A stretch of DNA of 64,000 nt, from the NCBI GenBank assembly GCA_043800705.1, contig JAZDMS010000034.1:1827-65826 (forward strand), read 5' to 3'. The notes under the pieces are model-generated. The model saw nothing but the letters and a program-made list of their open reading frames with translations. It did no database searches and was not told where the DNA came from. The position numbers and the translations under genes are program-made. The DNA is from Candidatus Altiarchaeota archaeon. Lineage in GTDB: Archaea; Altiarchaeota; Altiarchaeia; IMC4; SCGC-AAA252-I15. This document shows, piece by piece, positions 36,474 through 45,842 of this stretch (position 1 is the stretch's first letter; the number at the start of each line of letters is the position of its first letter).

Positions 36474-37559
36474 TTGAAAGATGAAGAGGCTAGTAGGTTG
36501 GATCTTTTTATTTCAAAAAGAAATTTTAGTGATTTGACTAAAATCGAAGATATTGTCAAAAAATTATCAAATGAGGTTGATAAATCATTAAAATCATCAA
36601 TGCGACCAATAGGCGCATTACCATTAGGACGTAAAGGAAAAGCATTATTTACTGATGTTAAAAGACGATTAGGTATTTTTAAGGATTGGATAGATATCGA
36701 TCAAAATAATATTTTAGAAGGGAAAAATTTTGAATCTATTTACATTTTTGATGATTCGATTCGAAGAGGTAAATCGGCAAGAGACAATATTAGGTTGGTT
36801 CAAAAAATATGTAAAAGGATATATTTTTTTTCGTTGGTAGCCAAAGAGGACTCGTTTAAAGTACTTAAAAATGAATTTCCAGAAGTCAATTTTTCAATAC
36901 AAATTTTTACTAAAGATAACAGTGAACATGAAAAATTTTATCGGGAAATTATGTTCCCTTATTTTGATTATTTAGGTCAACCAATGGATAACGATCATTT
37001 TGAAATAACACTATATTTAGCAAAAAATGTGTCTTTAGACGATATTGCGAAAGGTTTTAAAGAATTTCCTAATCGAAAAATAATTTCTTATCCAAGGATT
37101 TTATCAACAGAAGAAAAGTTTAAAGTATCTATCGAATTCAATCCTAAAAAAAATAAATGGAATAAAAAAATTGGAGATGTACTTGATTTTATTGAAATTA
37201 GGGGCTATATTGATAATTCGCAAAAAGAGATGATTTTAACACCCATAGTTGGTGGAAAATTCCCTAATGTAGTATGTGATCAGACACAGTGTGAATTAAA
37301 GAATCAGGATTGGATTTGTCTAAGGGAACATATTACAAATAAAATAAAGGAAGAAAATGAAAACGCGATTTGTAGGGATTGTATTATTTATAATATCCCT
37401 TTGGATCAGATAATTGAAGTAATTAAAAAAATTGGAATCGAAAATATTTACAATTTTGATTTTGAATGTACTGCTTGGAAAGGATGCTATGGGGATAAAA
37501 TACTTAATCCAATAAAGGAAAAAATAATAAAAGGGAAAATTATAAAGGAAATTCCCTAA
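36474..37559 (+). CDS. Phosphoribosyltransferase-fold protein with a Cys-containing C-terminal extension
   Basis: ALPLGRKG and IYIFDDSIRRGKS (PRPP-binding loop); TTG start. Confidence 0.7.
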   Translation: MKDEEASRLDLFISKRNFSDLTKIEDIVKKLSNEVDKSLKSSMRPIGALPLGRKGKALFTDVKRRLGIFKDWIDIDQNNILEGKNFESIYIFDDSIRRGKSARDNIRLVQKICKRIYFFSLVAKEDSFKVLKNEFPEVNFSIQIFTKDNSEHEKFYREIMFPYFDYLGQPMDNDHFEITLYLAKNVSLDDIAKGFKEFPNRKIISYPRILSTEEKFKVSIEFNPKKNKWNKKIGDVLDFIEIRGYIDNSQKEMILTPIVGGKFPNVVCDQTQCELKNQDWICLREHITNKIKEENENAICRDCIIYNIPLDQIIEVIKKIGIENIYNFDFECTAWKGCYGDKILNPIKEKIIKGKIIKEIP

Positions 37560-37894
37560 TACTGTTTTGACTTTGCATAGTCATATAGACTAGCAAACAT
37601 ATTTGTTGCTTCACCAGCAATTGAGAAAGGACGTACCCATTTATTTGATGAGGGTTCAATAGCCCAATCAGCTTTAATTATTCCTACATCAAGTAAATTA
37701 TCAATTGCTCTTTTTACAGTTACTTTACTAACTGATCCTGTTAATTCATCCACGATTTTTGAATAATATGCTAACTCTTTTCGTTTTTCTTTTATTTCAT
37801 AAACCTTTATCCCAACACAATATTCAGGAGATAATATTTTTTTTAAATATTTCAAATTCCCCAGGCCAGCATCCTGGGAATTTTTATCACTCAT
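37556..37894 (-). CDS. Winged-HTH protein
   Basis: YYSKIVDEL...SKVTVKRAIDNLLDVGII; GAGGTGA SD upstream. Confidence 0.7.
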   Translation of the reverse strand: MSDKNSQDAGLGNLKYLKKILSPEYCVGIKVYEIKEKRKELAYYSKIVDELTGSVSKVTVKRAIDNLLDVGIIKADWAIEPSSNKWVRPFSIAGEATNMFASLYDYAKSKQY

Positions 37895-38185
37895 AGTTCA
37901 CCTCGTAAAGCATAGATTTTATGCCTCCACCCCTGTTTATTAGTATGTGCATACCCACTTAAAAATGAATGAACGTTCAGATTTGTTCAAAATTCAGCAT
38001 ATAAGCCTTATTTGAAGGAAAGTATCCTGTAGCATAGAAAATATGCAGCTTATATATAAGTTAGGTACATAGGTAAGCATGGATGAAACGTCCAAATGCG
38101 AATCTCACCTTCGCTATACAAAGGATTTGGTGAGTGGTTTTGAAGACGCTAAAAGGCTAAACCGTTTTACCCAGGAGGTCTAAGA

Positions 38186-38380
38186 ATGATGCTTGAGGTA
38201 GTTGGCTTGATGACTGTCGTGTTGTTCATAGTCATCTGCGTAATGGCGGTTGCACGAATGATATCAGCCTTCGCTGGCTGGTTGTACGATGTCGCATTGG
38301 GTCTTTCGAGTATTCTCTTTGTGATCCTAGTGCTGACATTGATGTTTGAAGGGACATTGCACCTAGTAGGTGTTGTGTAA
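38186..38380 (+). CDS. Small two-TM hydrophobic protein
   Basis: AGGAGGT SD; 64 aa, almost all hydrophobic; followed by a hairpin. Confidence 0.6.
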   Translation: MMLEVVGLMTVVLFIVICVMAVARMISAFAGWLYDVALGLSSILFVILVLTLMFEGTLHLVGVV

Positions 38381-38385
38381 GGTTA

Positions 38386-38424
38386 GCGGGGTATAGAACA
38401 TCTATACCCTGCATTACCCCTTTT
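38386..38424 (+). terminator. Hairpin terminator-like element
   Basis: GCGGGGTATAG-AACAT-CTATACCCTGC followed by CCCCTTTT, between convergent genes. Confidence 0.55.
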
Positions 38425-38431
38425 AATTAAC

Positions 38432-39739
38432 TTAGCCGAGCCCGAACTGCTTCATCATCCGCTGCAGTTTTCTTCCGCCGCCCATGCCCTTCATCATCTT
38501 CTTCATCTTCTTGTAGTAGTTGAGGAGCTCGCGGACGTCGGCTACGTTGGTGCCGGACCCGTTCGCTATCCGCTCGACGCGCTCGTGCTTGATGATGTCT
38601 GGGTCCTCCTTCTCCGCCGCCGTCATCGAGTCCATGATGACCTTGTATTTCTTGATCTTCTCCTCCTGGACCGCCATCAGCTCCTTGGGTATCTTCGAGC
38701 CTATAGGCAGCATCTCCATGACCTTGTCCATGCTGCCCATCCCCTGCATCTGCTCTATCTGCTGGTAAAGGTCGTCCAGGGTGAACTTGCCGGAGAGCAT
38801 CCGCTTCGCGCTCTCCTCGTCGAAGTCCATCTCCTTCGCCTTCTCAAGGAGGCCTTCGAGGTCACCCATGCCAAGGAGCTTTCCGACGAACCTCTTCGGC
38901 TCGAAGACCTCGATCTCTTCTATGTGTTCGCCGACTCCGATGAAGTATACCGGGCTCTTGGTCTCCGCGCATGCGGCGATGGCCCCCCCGCCCTTCGCGG
39001 AGCCGTCGAGCTTGGTTATTATGATGCCGTCTATCTTGCATGAGGCGTTGAAGGCCTTCGCCTGCTCACCCGCCGACTGGCCGATGGTACCGTCAAGGAC
39101 GAGGAGGGTCCTGTCGGGCTTGATCTCCCGGTGTATCCTGTTGATGTCCTCCATCAGCTTCGAGTCCAGCTTGTGGCGGCCTTCGCTGTCTATGAAGATG
39201 AGGCCCTGGCCGTGGCGACGGAGGCCTTCCTGGATTATCTTCAGCGTGTCCTTCTGCGAGTTGTCGCCGTAGAACGGGATTTGTACCTCCTCAGCAAGCT
39301 GCTTCAGCTGCTCGTATGCGGCGGGCCGGAATGTGTCCGCGCAGATGAGTTTGGGGTTGAGGCCCTTCTTCTTATAGTGTCTGGCGAGCTTCGCGGCCTG
39401 CGTAGTCTTACCGGACCCCTGGACTCCGACGAGTAGGACCCGCATACCGTCCTTCAGCTCCAGGTCGCCGCCTTGACCGAGGAGGTTCGTGAGCTCGTCG
39501 TAGGTTATCTTTACGAGATTCTCCTTCCGGGTCAGCGTCCCAGGAGGCTTCTCCAAAAGTCCGCGGTCCTCTATCCTCTTTGACAGCTCCAGAATCAGTT
39601 TGACGTTGACGTCGGCGGATATGAGGGTCTTCTGTATCTCCTTCAGATACGCCTTTATCGTATTCCTGTCAACGACGACGGCCTTTCTCAGGTTGTTTAT
39701 AGCGCCCTGCAGGCCATCCCTCAACTTGTCGAATGCCAT
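38432..39739 (-). CDS. srp54: Signal recognition particle protein SRP54
   Basis: GVQGSGKTT, DTFRPAA, DSEGRH, TKLDGSAKGGGA, Met-rich M domain. Confidence 0.97.
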   Translation of the reverse strand: MAFDKLRDGLQGAINNLRKAVVVDRNTIKAYLKEIQKTLISADVNVKLILELSKRIEDRGLLEKPPGTLTRKENLVKITYDELTNLLGQGGDLELKDGMRVLLVGVQGSGKTTQAAKLARHYKKKGLNPKLICADTFRPAAYEQLKQLAEEVQIPFYGDNSQKDTLKIIQEGLRRHGQGLIFIDSEGRHKLDSKLMEDINRIHREIKPDRTLLVLDGTIGQSAGEQAKAFNASCKIDGIIITKLDGSAKGGGAIAACAETKSPVYFIGVGEHIEEIEVFEPKRFVGKLLGMGDLEGLLEKAKEMDFDEESAKRMLSGKFTLDDLYQQIEQMQGMGSMDKVMEMLPIGSKIPKELMAVQEEKIKKYKVIMDSMTAAEKEDPDIIKHERVERIANGSGTNVADVRELLNYYKKMKKMMKGMGGGRKLQRMMKQFGLG

Positions 39740-39774
39740 ACAAGAATGACTAGGAATAGGGTGATAAAAAAGGT

Positions 39775-39804
39775 TTAGACTAACCGTGTTGCGGGTTAGT
39801 CTAA
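39775..39804 (-). terminator. Perfect 11-bp hairpin terminator
   Basis: TTAGACTAACC-GTGTTGCG-GGTTAGTCTAA followed on the minus strand by a T-run; just after the 39813 stop. Confidence 0.65.
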
Positions 39805-39812
39805 TGTTGTGT

Positions 39813-40619
39813 TCAGTACGTCATCGAGAAGGACTTTATCCACATGTCCCCCCAGGAGTACTGGAATTCATGTAGTGCTTCGACTTGGTAGATTTTCAGG
39901 TATTTTTTGTTGTATCCGACCCCTTTTGCTGAAGCAGCCCGTATTGCGTTGTCTATCTGTGTCGCCAGGTTCGTATTCACTGTGGTCCATTTGTTGTTGG
40001 ATACGCTGGCGATGGTGTTTGCGTAGTGGACGATGCCGTCGCTGCCGACCCATGTGCCCTTCCCCTTGTTTGAGCCCCACTGGCCGAAGTAGAGATCCAT
40101 CATCAGAATCCTCCCCGTTGATTCGTCCTTCATCCAGACGTTTATTATGCCGTTTCTTAGGCTGCTCTTTCCTGTCGGCACATTAAAGTTCCCCCCGTTC
40201 TGTTTGACGACCAACGTCAAAGGGATGCTGGTCTTCCCGTAAACGGCGAGCGGGACCGGCCTGTTCCAGGATGCTGGCGGAGAGCCGCCCCACACCCAGC
40301 CTTGTATGAGGGTTACGACTGCGTATTTTCCTGAGTCGTCCTTGCCGTACATCTTGAGTTTGTAGTCTGAGCCGCCCGATGATGTGAAGCCGCATTCCTT
40401 TATTGTTGTCCCTGTGCCACCCCACGTGTATCCATGTAGGCCCCATGCCCAGCCGGACGGAGCGGATTTGTAATCTTGGTTTGACTTTATCCCTGTGTCG
40501 AATGCTGCAGTCGGGTTGTTGAATCCGGGGTTCTTCAGCCAGTCTGCCGCGTTTGCGTTGCCTGCCATGCCCATTACCAGGCATATTAGCAGGATGCCAA
40601 GTTTGTTTTTGTTTTTCAT
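39813..40619 (-). CDS. Secreted beta-rich protein (carbohydrate-binding-like)
   Basis: Signal peptide, WLKNPGF start of the mature region, Trp/Gly-rich; GAGGTGA SD. Confidence 0.7.
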   Translation of the reverse strand: MKNKNKLGILLICLVMGMAGNANAADWLKNPGFNNPTAAFDTGIKSNQDYKSAPSGWAWGLHGYTWGGTGTTIKECGFTSSGGSDYKLKMYGKDDSGKYAVVTLIQGWVWGGSPPASWNRPVPLAVYGKTSIPLTLVVKQNGGNFNVPTGKSSLRNGIINVWMKDESTGRILMMDLYFGQWGSNKGKGTWVGSDGIVHYANTIASVSNNKWTTVNTNLATQIDNAIRAASAKGVGYNKKYLKIYQVEALHEFQYSWGDMWIKSFSMTY

Positions 40620-40798
40620 TTTGTGTCACCTCACGTCCAATGCCGAACGTCGGTCTAAATCTGTTGGCTGCAAATAAAAACCGGTAGAGTAAATGGTAGT
40701 AATATAGTTGAAGTTTCAAGGTGTTGGTCTTGGCCTCGCTACTGAGTCATATGGGCTGGACAACAGGCCCAAATAGGGACAATGCATAATGTCTGAAA

Positions 40799-42073
40799 CT
40801 ATCTGGTCTTCTCCCATATGTTTACATGGCTTTCGGCCTTTTTTAGCGGGTTCAGTTCAAGAATCAGCGGGAAGCAGAAGAAAGTGAGAGTGAAGAGGTA
40901 GTATGGGAAGAAGAAGAACAGGACGAGGGGGACTCTGGGGGTGAGCCTCGACATCCTCAATGCTGCGATGACGTTGTACGCGGTTATGACGAGCATCGAT
41001 GCGAGGAAATACGGGAAGGATGCGCTCATCGGCCAGACGCCCGTGAGCGTGTTATGCACGTATTCTATCGTCCCGAACATGCACAGCCAGCCGATGAAGT
41101 ATTTCACGACGAGCCAGGAGAGGTAGTTGCCGTACTGGGCGAAGTAGATCATGTAGCCGTGGAATATCTGGTAGAACGTTATGGGGAGGATGACGGAGCC
41201 CTGAATGTAGAAATACAGCTGGTTAGGGAGGCCGTAAAATCCTATGAAGCCGTATCGGGGGTTGAGGAACATGTCCCTGTGTTTGCGCATGACCTGCAGC
41301 GCCCCCCTGCCCCACCGTATCCTCTGCTTCGCTATCCCCCCGAGCGTCTGCGGGGCGGTCGTGTACATGGTCGCGCCGCTCATGATGAGCTGCCAGCCCC
41401 TCTTGCGCATGCTGAGGCCGATGTCGCAGTCTTCGGAGAGGGTGTCGGTGGCGAAGAGGCCGGCTTCCACGATGGCCTTCCTCCTGAAGGCCGCGAAGCC
41501 CGGGAGTATGTATGTTCCGCCGACGCGGTCGAAGATGTACCGCCACATGCTCGACAGGACGTATTCGAAGTCCTGGTACCATGTCAGCGGGTTCCCGTTG
41601 GTCTTGACGGCGATTATGCCGGATACCGCCCCGACCGCGGCGTCTATAAACGGCTCAGTGAATCTCCTGAGGGCGTCCTTTGAGAGCGTCGAGTCGGCGT
41701 CGAGCATCACGATTATCTCGTTTTTCGAGTTCATGATGCCCTTGTTGACGGCCAGCGCCTTGCCGAGGTGGTCCGTATTGATCACTCGTATGCGTCCGTC
41801 GCCCCCGGCGAGTCTTGAAAGGATATCGCATGTTCCATCGCTTGATCCGTCGTCTACTACGACCACATCTATCTCGTTCGGGTAGTCCGACTTGAAGACG
41901 CTGTCGACCGTGGACTCGATGCAGGACTCCTCGTTGTGCGCCGGGATCACGACGCTGACAGGGGGATAGAAACCTTCCATCCGTCTCCGCCTCGGCAGGA
42001 TGGCAACGAGCGTGGAAGGCATGAATGTGACTATCGAAATCACGAAGAAAATGGTCAGTATCTCGTCGATCAT
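40799..42073 (-). CDS. Processive GT2 glycosyltransferase (PgaC/IcaA/cellulose synthase-like)
   Basis: PAHNEE, DDGS, DADS, SED, QRIRW; C-terminal TM helices. Confidence 0.9.
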   Translation of the reverse strand: MIDEILTIFFVISIVTFMPSTLVAILPRRRRMEGFYPPVSVVIPAHNEESCIESTVDSVFKSDYPNEIDVVVVDDGSSDGTCDILSRLAGGDGRIRVINTDHLGKALAVNKGIMNSKNEIIVMLDADSTLSKDALRRFTEPFIDAAVGAVSGIIAVKTNGNPLTWYQDFEYVLSSMWRYIFDRVGGTYILPGFAAFRRKAIVEAGLFATDTLSEDCDIGLSMRKRGWQLIMSGATMYTTAPQTLGGIAKQRIRWGRGALQVMRKHRDMFLNPRYGFIGFYGLPNQLYFYIQGSVILPITFYQIFHGYMIYFAQYGNYLSWLVVKYFIGWLCMFGTIEYVHNTLTGVWPMSASFPYFLASMLVITAYNVIAALRMSRLTPRVPLVLFFFFPYYLFTLTFFCFPLILELNPLKKAESHVNIWEKTR

Positions 42074-42074
42074 C

Positions 42075-42770
42075 TTATGTGCCGGCTTGCGCGCAAATCG
42101 ACAGGTAGGGGGTCTTCTCGCAGAGGACCCGCTCTATTGTCTCCTTGTCCTGTAGGCCGCAGTATGTGCCGTCCTCAATGACTATGCAGGGTAGTTCACC
42201 AACGTTGTAGACGTCCTTCAAGACGCTCACTGACGGGAGGTCCAGGTCGTAGTCGAAGCTGAAGATGGATATCTCCTGGTCCATCTTCTGGTGCAGGTGG
42301 GTGAGGACGAACGCCTGCTGGTCGCATTGTTGGCATTTTTTCGGGTTCGAGTAGAAGTAGAGGATAATGGACTGGTTTAGGGAACATTTGTCCCTGATCT
42401 GCCTCAGGAGGGACAGGTACATGACCTCCTGGCGGTTGAATTTCCTCTTCTGCTTGTAGTATTCCGGGTTGCTCATGTACTCCTGCGTGAGCTTGTGGTA
42501 GTCCTCTATCTTGTTCCCGAGCTTCCACGTCTGCGTGTCCAGGAGCTTTAGCTGGGACTTGAGGGTGACGCAGGTCTCGTTGTCGTGAAAGAGCGGGGCC
42601 AGATAGGTGAGCGCCTGCATCTCCTCCATGGTCTCGAGGCTCGCGTCCATGTCGTCGGTGATGCTTATCTCCCGCTTGGAGTTGAGGAAGACGTTCAGCG
42701 AATAGATGATCACAAGCACCAGGACCGTGACTACGAATGCTTTGGCGAAGACCCAGTGGCTCACCTCCAT
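42075..42770 (-). CDS. Membrane-anchored protein with a thioredoxin-like CxxC domain
   Basis: Start MEVSH overlaps the upstream GT; TM helix, coiled coil, ILYFYS..CQQC...YNVGELPCIVI. Confidence 0.75.
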   Translation of the reverse strand: MEVSHWVFAKAFVVTVLVLVIIYSLNVFLNSKREISITDDMDASLETMEEMQALTYLAPLFHDNETCVTLKSQLKLLDTQTWKLGNKIEDYHKLTQEYMSNPEYYKQKRKFNRQEVMYLSLLRQIRDKCSLNQSIILYFYSNPKKCQQCDQQAFVLTHLHQKMDQEISIFSFDYDLDLPSVSVLKDVYNVGELPCIVIEDGTYCGLQDKETIERVLCEKTPYLSICAQAGT

Positions 42771-44008
42771 TTTACCCTCTTGCCCAAAATGACAGAATAG
42801 AAGGAGCTGAACCAGAAGACCTGGTAGAACAGAAAGAAGAGCATGAAGCCGATCAGGCCTTGGACATTCTCCCGCATCCTCCGCTTGAGGACCGACATGC
42901 TGGCCTTCGTGAGGGAAAGGACCGACAATATGGCGGTCACCATGAGGAAGTGGAATATGCTCAGCTTGAGTATGTCTATGTCGGGCATCGTGAAGGGGAG
43001 TATCTCGAAGTTCGTAATTATCAGGTAGTTTATCTGCTTCACTACCGCGGAAACGAATAGTGCCAGGGAGTATACGGCCAGTATGAGCCCGAGCGTTATG
43101 GTCGCATAGTTGACTGGCAGGAAGAACATGCCGAACGCGCCGAGGTTCCTGTTGAACATCACGTCCCTGTGCTGCATGAGGGTGATGAGGGAGCCCGAAT
43201 ACCATCTCTTGCGCTGGTTGTAAAGCCCCTTAAGGGTCGACGGGATCTTGGTGAAGACGCCGGTCTGAAGCGTGCATGCGATCCTATAGTCGGACTTGTG
43301 GATCCTGAAGGCAATCTCCATGTCCTCTGTGATGTTGTCGACGTTGAATCCCCCTATCTCCTCCATCATGGTCCTGCGGTATATGCTGAAGGGGCCGGGG
43401 GTGACGTGCATGCAGTCGAGGTAGGATAGTATCTTCATCGAGAGGGACAGGCCGACGACGTATTCTATGTCGACGATCCGCTCGAGAAGGTTCTTTGGCT
43501 CCTGGACGTGGACCCTTACCGTGACCGCCCCCGTCTGCGGGTCTTCGAAGAAGCCGACGGTCTTCCGGAGTATGTCAGGCTTGACGACGCTGTCGGAGTC
43601 CATGCATGCGACGAATTCGCCCCCGGAGGCCTTTATCCCCTCGTTCAGGGAGTGGGCCTTGCCCTTGTTCTGTCTGCGGTCTATGAACCTGAACTTCGTG
43701 GAATTATGGGAGGCAAGGAATTCCTGTATGTATCTTGTCGTGTTGTCCGTGGATCCGTCGTTGACGACGACAACCTCATATCTGTCCTTGGGGTAGTCTA
43801 TGCTACAGAGGGACTCCAGGGCCGGCAGGACGCTGGATTCCTCGTTGTATGCTGGCATCACTATCGCGACGTAGGGGGTCTGGTGGTCGGGCGAGCTGGA
43901 AGAGGTTATGTCCCGCTTCTTCTCGAAGACTACGAGCAGGACAAGGACCACGAAGTATGTGGACAGGAACCATACCGCGAGTGTCAAGAGGGAGTACATT
44001 AAGTCCAT
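42761..44008 (-). CDS. Processive GT2 glycosyltransferase
   Basis: PAYNEE, NDGSTD, DSDS, TED, QRKRW. Confidence 0.9.
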   Translation of the reverse strand: MDLMYSLLTLAVWFLSTYFVVLVLLVVFEKKRDITSSSSPDHQTPYVAIVMPAYNEESSVLPALESLCSIDYPKDRYEVVVVNDGSTDNTTRYIQEFLASHNSTKFRFIDRRQNKGKAHSLNEGIKASGGEFVACMDSDSVVKPDILRKTVGFFEDPQTGAVTVRVHVQEPKNLLERIVDIEYVVGLSLSMKILSYLDCMHVTPGPFSIYRRTMMEEIGGFNVDNITEDMEIAFRIHKSDYRIACTLQTGVFTKIPSTLKGLYNQRKRWYSGSLITLMQHRDVMFNRNLGAFGMFFLPVNYATITLGLILAVYSLALFVSAVVKQINYLIITNFEILPFTMPDIDILKLSIFHFLMVTAILSVLSLTKASMSVLKRRMRENVQGLIGFMLFFLFYQVFWFSSFYSVILGKRVKWR

Positions 44009-44111
44009 TGTAACCCATAAATATCATCAACCCCCTAATAAAAGGAGGCTTTCGGAGAATAAAAAAGGCGTTTAAAGGCTTAATAGCGCGTTTCGACAAT
44101 ATATTGTCCTG

Positions 44112-44705
44112 GTGGTCGTTTTGGATGAGGACAGGCTCGAATTCAAGAGGCAGTTGATCCATTTGCTGAACGGCTCCGCAATCTCCGTCGCAGTGTGGTT
44201 TTTTAAGCCGGCCATTGGATTATATGTGCTTGTTCCGCTTCTGATCGCGCTGATGCTCCTGTATTTCACCCCGAGGCTGTGGCCTGATCTGAAGGTCTCA
44301 AACCACCTCATGCACCACTTCGAAAGGAGGGAGGACATCAAGAACTTCCCCTTCAAGGGGGCGATAATGTACGGCCTCGGCATCATCCCCCCGATAGTCC
44401 TGCTGCCTGTGAACTACGCATGCGCCGTGATCCTCATACTCAGCGTGGGGGACGCCTTCTCGAACCTCGTCGGCAGAAGATGGGGCATACACAAAGTAGG
44501 CCACAGGAGCCTCGAGGGGTCGTTCGGGTTCCTGGTGACATCCTGGGCCGTGTCGGGCTTCTTGATAGATCCCCTTCAGGCGGGGTTATTGGCTTTTGTC
44601 GGGACGCTGATAGAGTTGTTCATCCCATTTGACGACAACCTCACGATACCGGGGGGGCTTTCGCTGGTCGTCCTGGCCATGGGATTCGCCCCTCTTGCAG
44701 TGTGA
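44112..44705 (+). CDS. CTP-dependent polyprenol/dolichol (phytol) kinase
   Basis: RQLIH, GDAFSNLVGRRWG, RSLEGS, DDNLTIP. Confidence 0.85.
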   Translation: MVVLDEDRLEFKRQLIHLLNGSAISVAVWFFKPAIGLYVLVPLLIALMLLYFTPRLWPDLKVSNHLMHHFERREDIKNFPFKGAIMYGLGIIPPIVLLPVNYACAVILILSVGDAFSNLVGRRWGIHKVGHRSLEGSFGFLVTSWAVSGFLIDPLQAGLLAFVGTLIELFIPFDDNLTIPGGLSLVVLAMGFAPLAV

Positions 44706-44709
44706 CCGC

Positions 44710-45351
44710 TCAGATGACCCTTAGGGTCTTCCCGGCCTGTTTCAGCCCGCGAACCCTGACCTTTCTGCCTGCGACCTTCAGCCGTCCCTCCGCGAACCAC
44801 TGCACTGCCTGCGGGTAAATGAGGTGTTCCTGCTCCAGTATCCTCTTCGCCAGCGATTCCTCTGTGTCGTCCTCCAGGACCGGTACCGCGGCCTGTACGA
44901 TTATCGGGCCGTGGTCGACTTCCGAGTCTACGAAGTGGACGGTGCATCCGGCGACCTTGACGCCGTACTCTATGGCCTGTTTCTGGGCGTGCAGTCCCGG
45001 GAAGCTCGGAAGGAGCGCGGGGTGGATGTTCATGACCCTGTTCTTGAACGCGTCCAAGAGGACGGGGGTGACTATGCGCATGTAGCCTGCGAGAAGGACC
45101 AGGTCGGTTTTCCTCCTGATGAGCAGGTCCGCCACCTTCCGGTCGTATTCCTGCCGGGTCATGAAATCTTCGGGGTCGACATGCAACGCCTCTATGCCGT
45201 GGCTTTTCGCCCTCTCGAGGGCGTATGCGTCCGCCTTGTCCGATATTACCGCCACTATCCTCGAGCGGGGGATAAACTCTGATTCGACGGAGTCTATGAT
45301 CGCCTGGAGGTTGCTGCCGCGGCCCGAAGAGAGGACTCCGATGTTGGCCAT
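44710..45351 (-). CDS. purN: Phosphoribosylglycinamide formyltransferase
   Basis: SGRGSNLQA, LAGYMRI, NIHPALLPSFPG, GCTVHFV..EVDHGPII. Confidence 0.97.
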   Translation of the reverse strand: MANIGVLSSGRGSNLQAIIDSVESEFIPRSRIVAVISDKADAYALERAKSHGIEALHVDPEDFMTRQEYDRKVADLLIRRKTDLVLLAGYMRIVTPVLLDAFKNRVMNIHPALLPSFPGLHAQKQAIEYGVKVAGCTVHFVDSEVDHGPIIVQAAVPVLEDDTEESLAKRILEQEHLIYPQAVQWFAEGRLKVAGRKVRVRGLKQAGKTLRVI

Positions 45352-45391
45352 CTGTATGGAATATTAAGCGCCCTGTATTTAATTATAGGGT

Positions 45392-45841
45392 ATGAGGATT
45401 TTCACCTTCCTGTTCGCCGTCCTGCTGATTTCCGGGTGCCTGTCATGGGGGCAGGACGAGAAAAACGCGACGAACGATGACAGAACCCAGGAGGACGAGG
45501 TCATAGGGGAATACGTCGCCAAACAGAAGGCCGAGTCGGCGAATGCGACGGATGCGCCGGTTCCCTCGACCACGACGGCATCCACATCGACGTCGGCGAC
45601 GACATCCACCACATCGTCGACATCGACGACGTCCACCAGCACGACCTCGACTACATCGACGACCGCCACGACCACTTCGACATCAACCACTACGACGTCG
45701 ACTGCCCCCTGCATGCAGTCCTGCTACGACATCAAGTATCCGAGCCCGAGGACCTGTGTTACGGGATGCTGCATCAGCGAAGACACAAGGTGCGTCTACC
45801 AGAGCAGCATAGGAGGCGGACCAGCGTGCAGGTGCAGGTGA
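45392..45841 (+). CDS. Lipoprotein with a Thr/Ser-rich linker and a Cys-rich C-terminal module
   Basis: LISGC lipobox; TTSTSTT tract; eight Cys in the last ~45 aa. Confidence 0.7.
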   Translation: MRIFTFLFAVLLISGCLSWGQDEKNATNDDRTQEDEVIGEYVAKQKAESANATDAPVPSTTTASTSTSATTSTTSSTSTTSTSTTSTTSTTATTTSTSTTTTSTAPCMQSCYDIKYPSPRTCVTGCCISEDTRCVYQSSIGGGPACRCR

Positions 45842-45842
45842 C

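Larger units (their letters stand above)
36400..38430. other. AT-rich horizontally acquired island
   Basis: Abrupt switch to very A/T-rich sequence and A/T-ending codons between the cupin gene and srp54. Confidence 0.85.

Noticed and set aside
36400-38430. Integrative element or prophage
   Set aside because: No integrase, transposase, tRNA target or flanking direct repeat was seen; only the compositional anomaly is supported.
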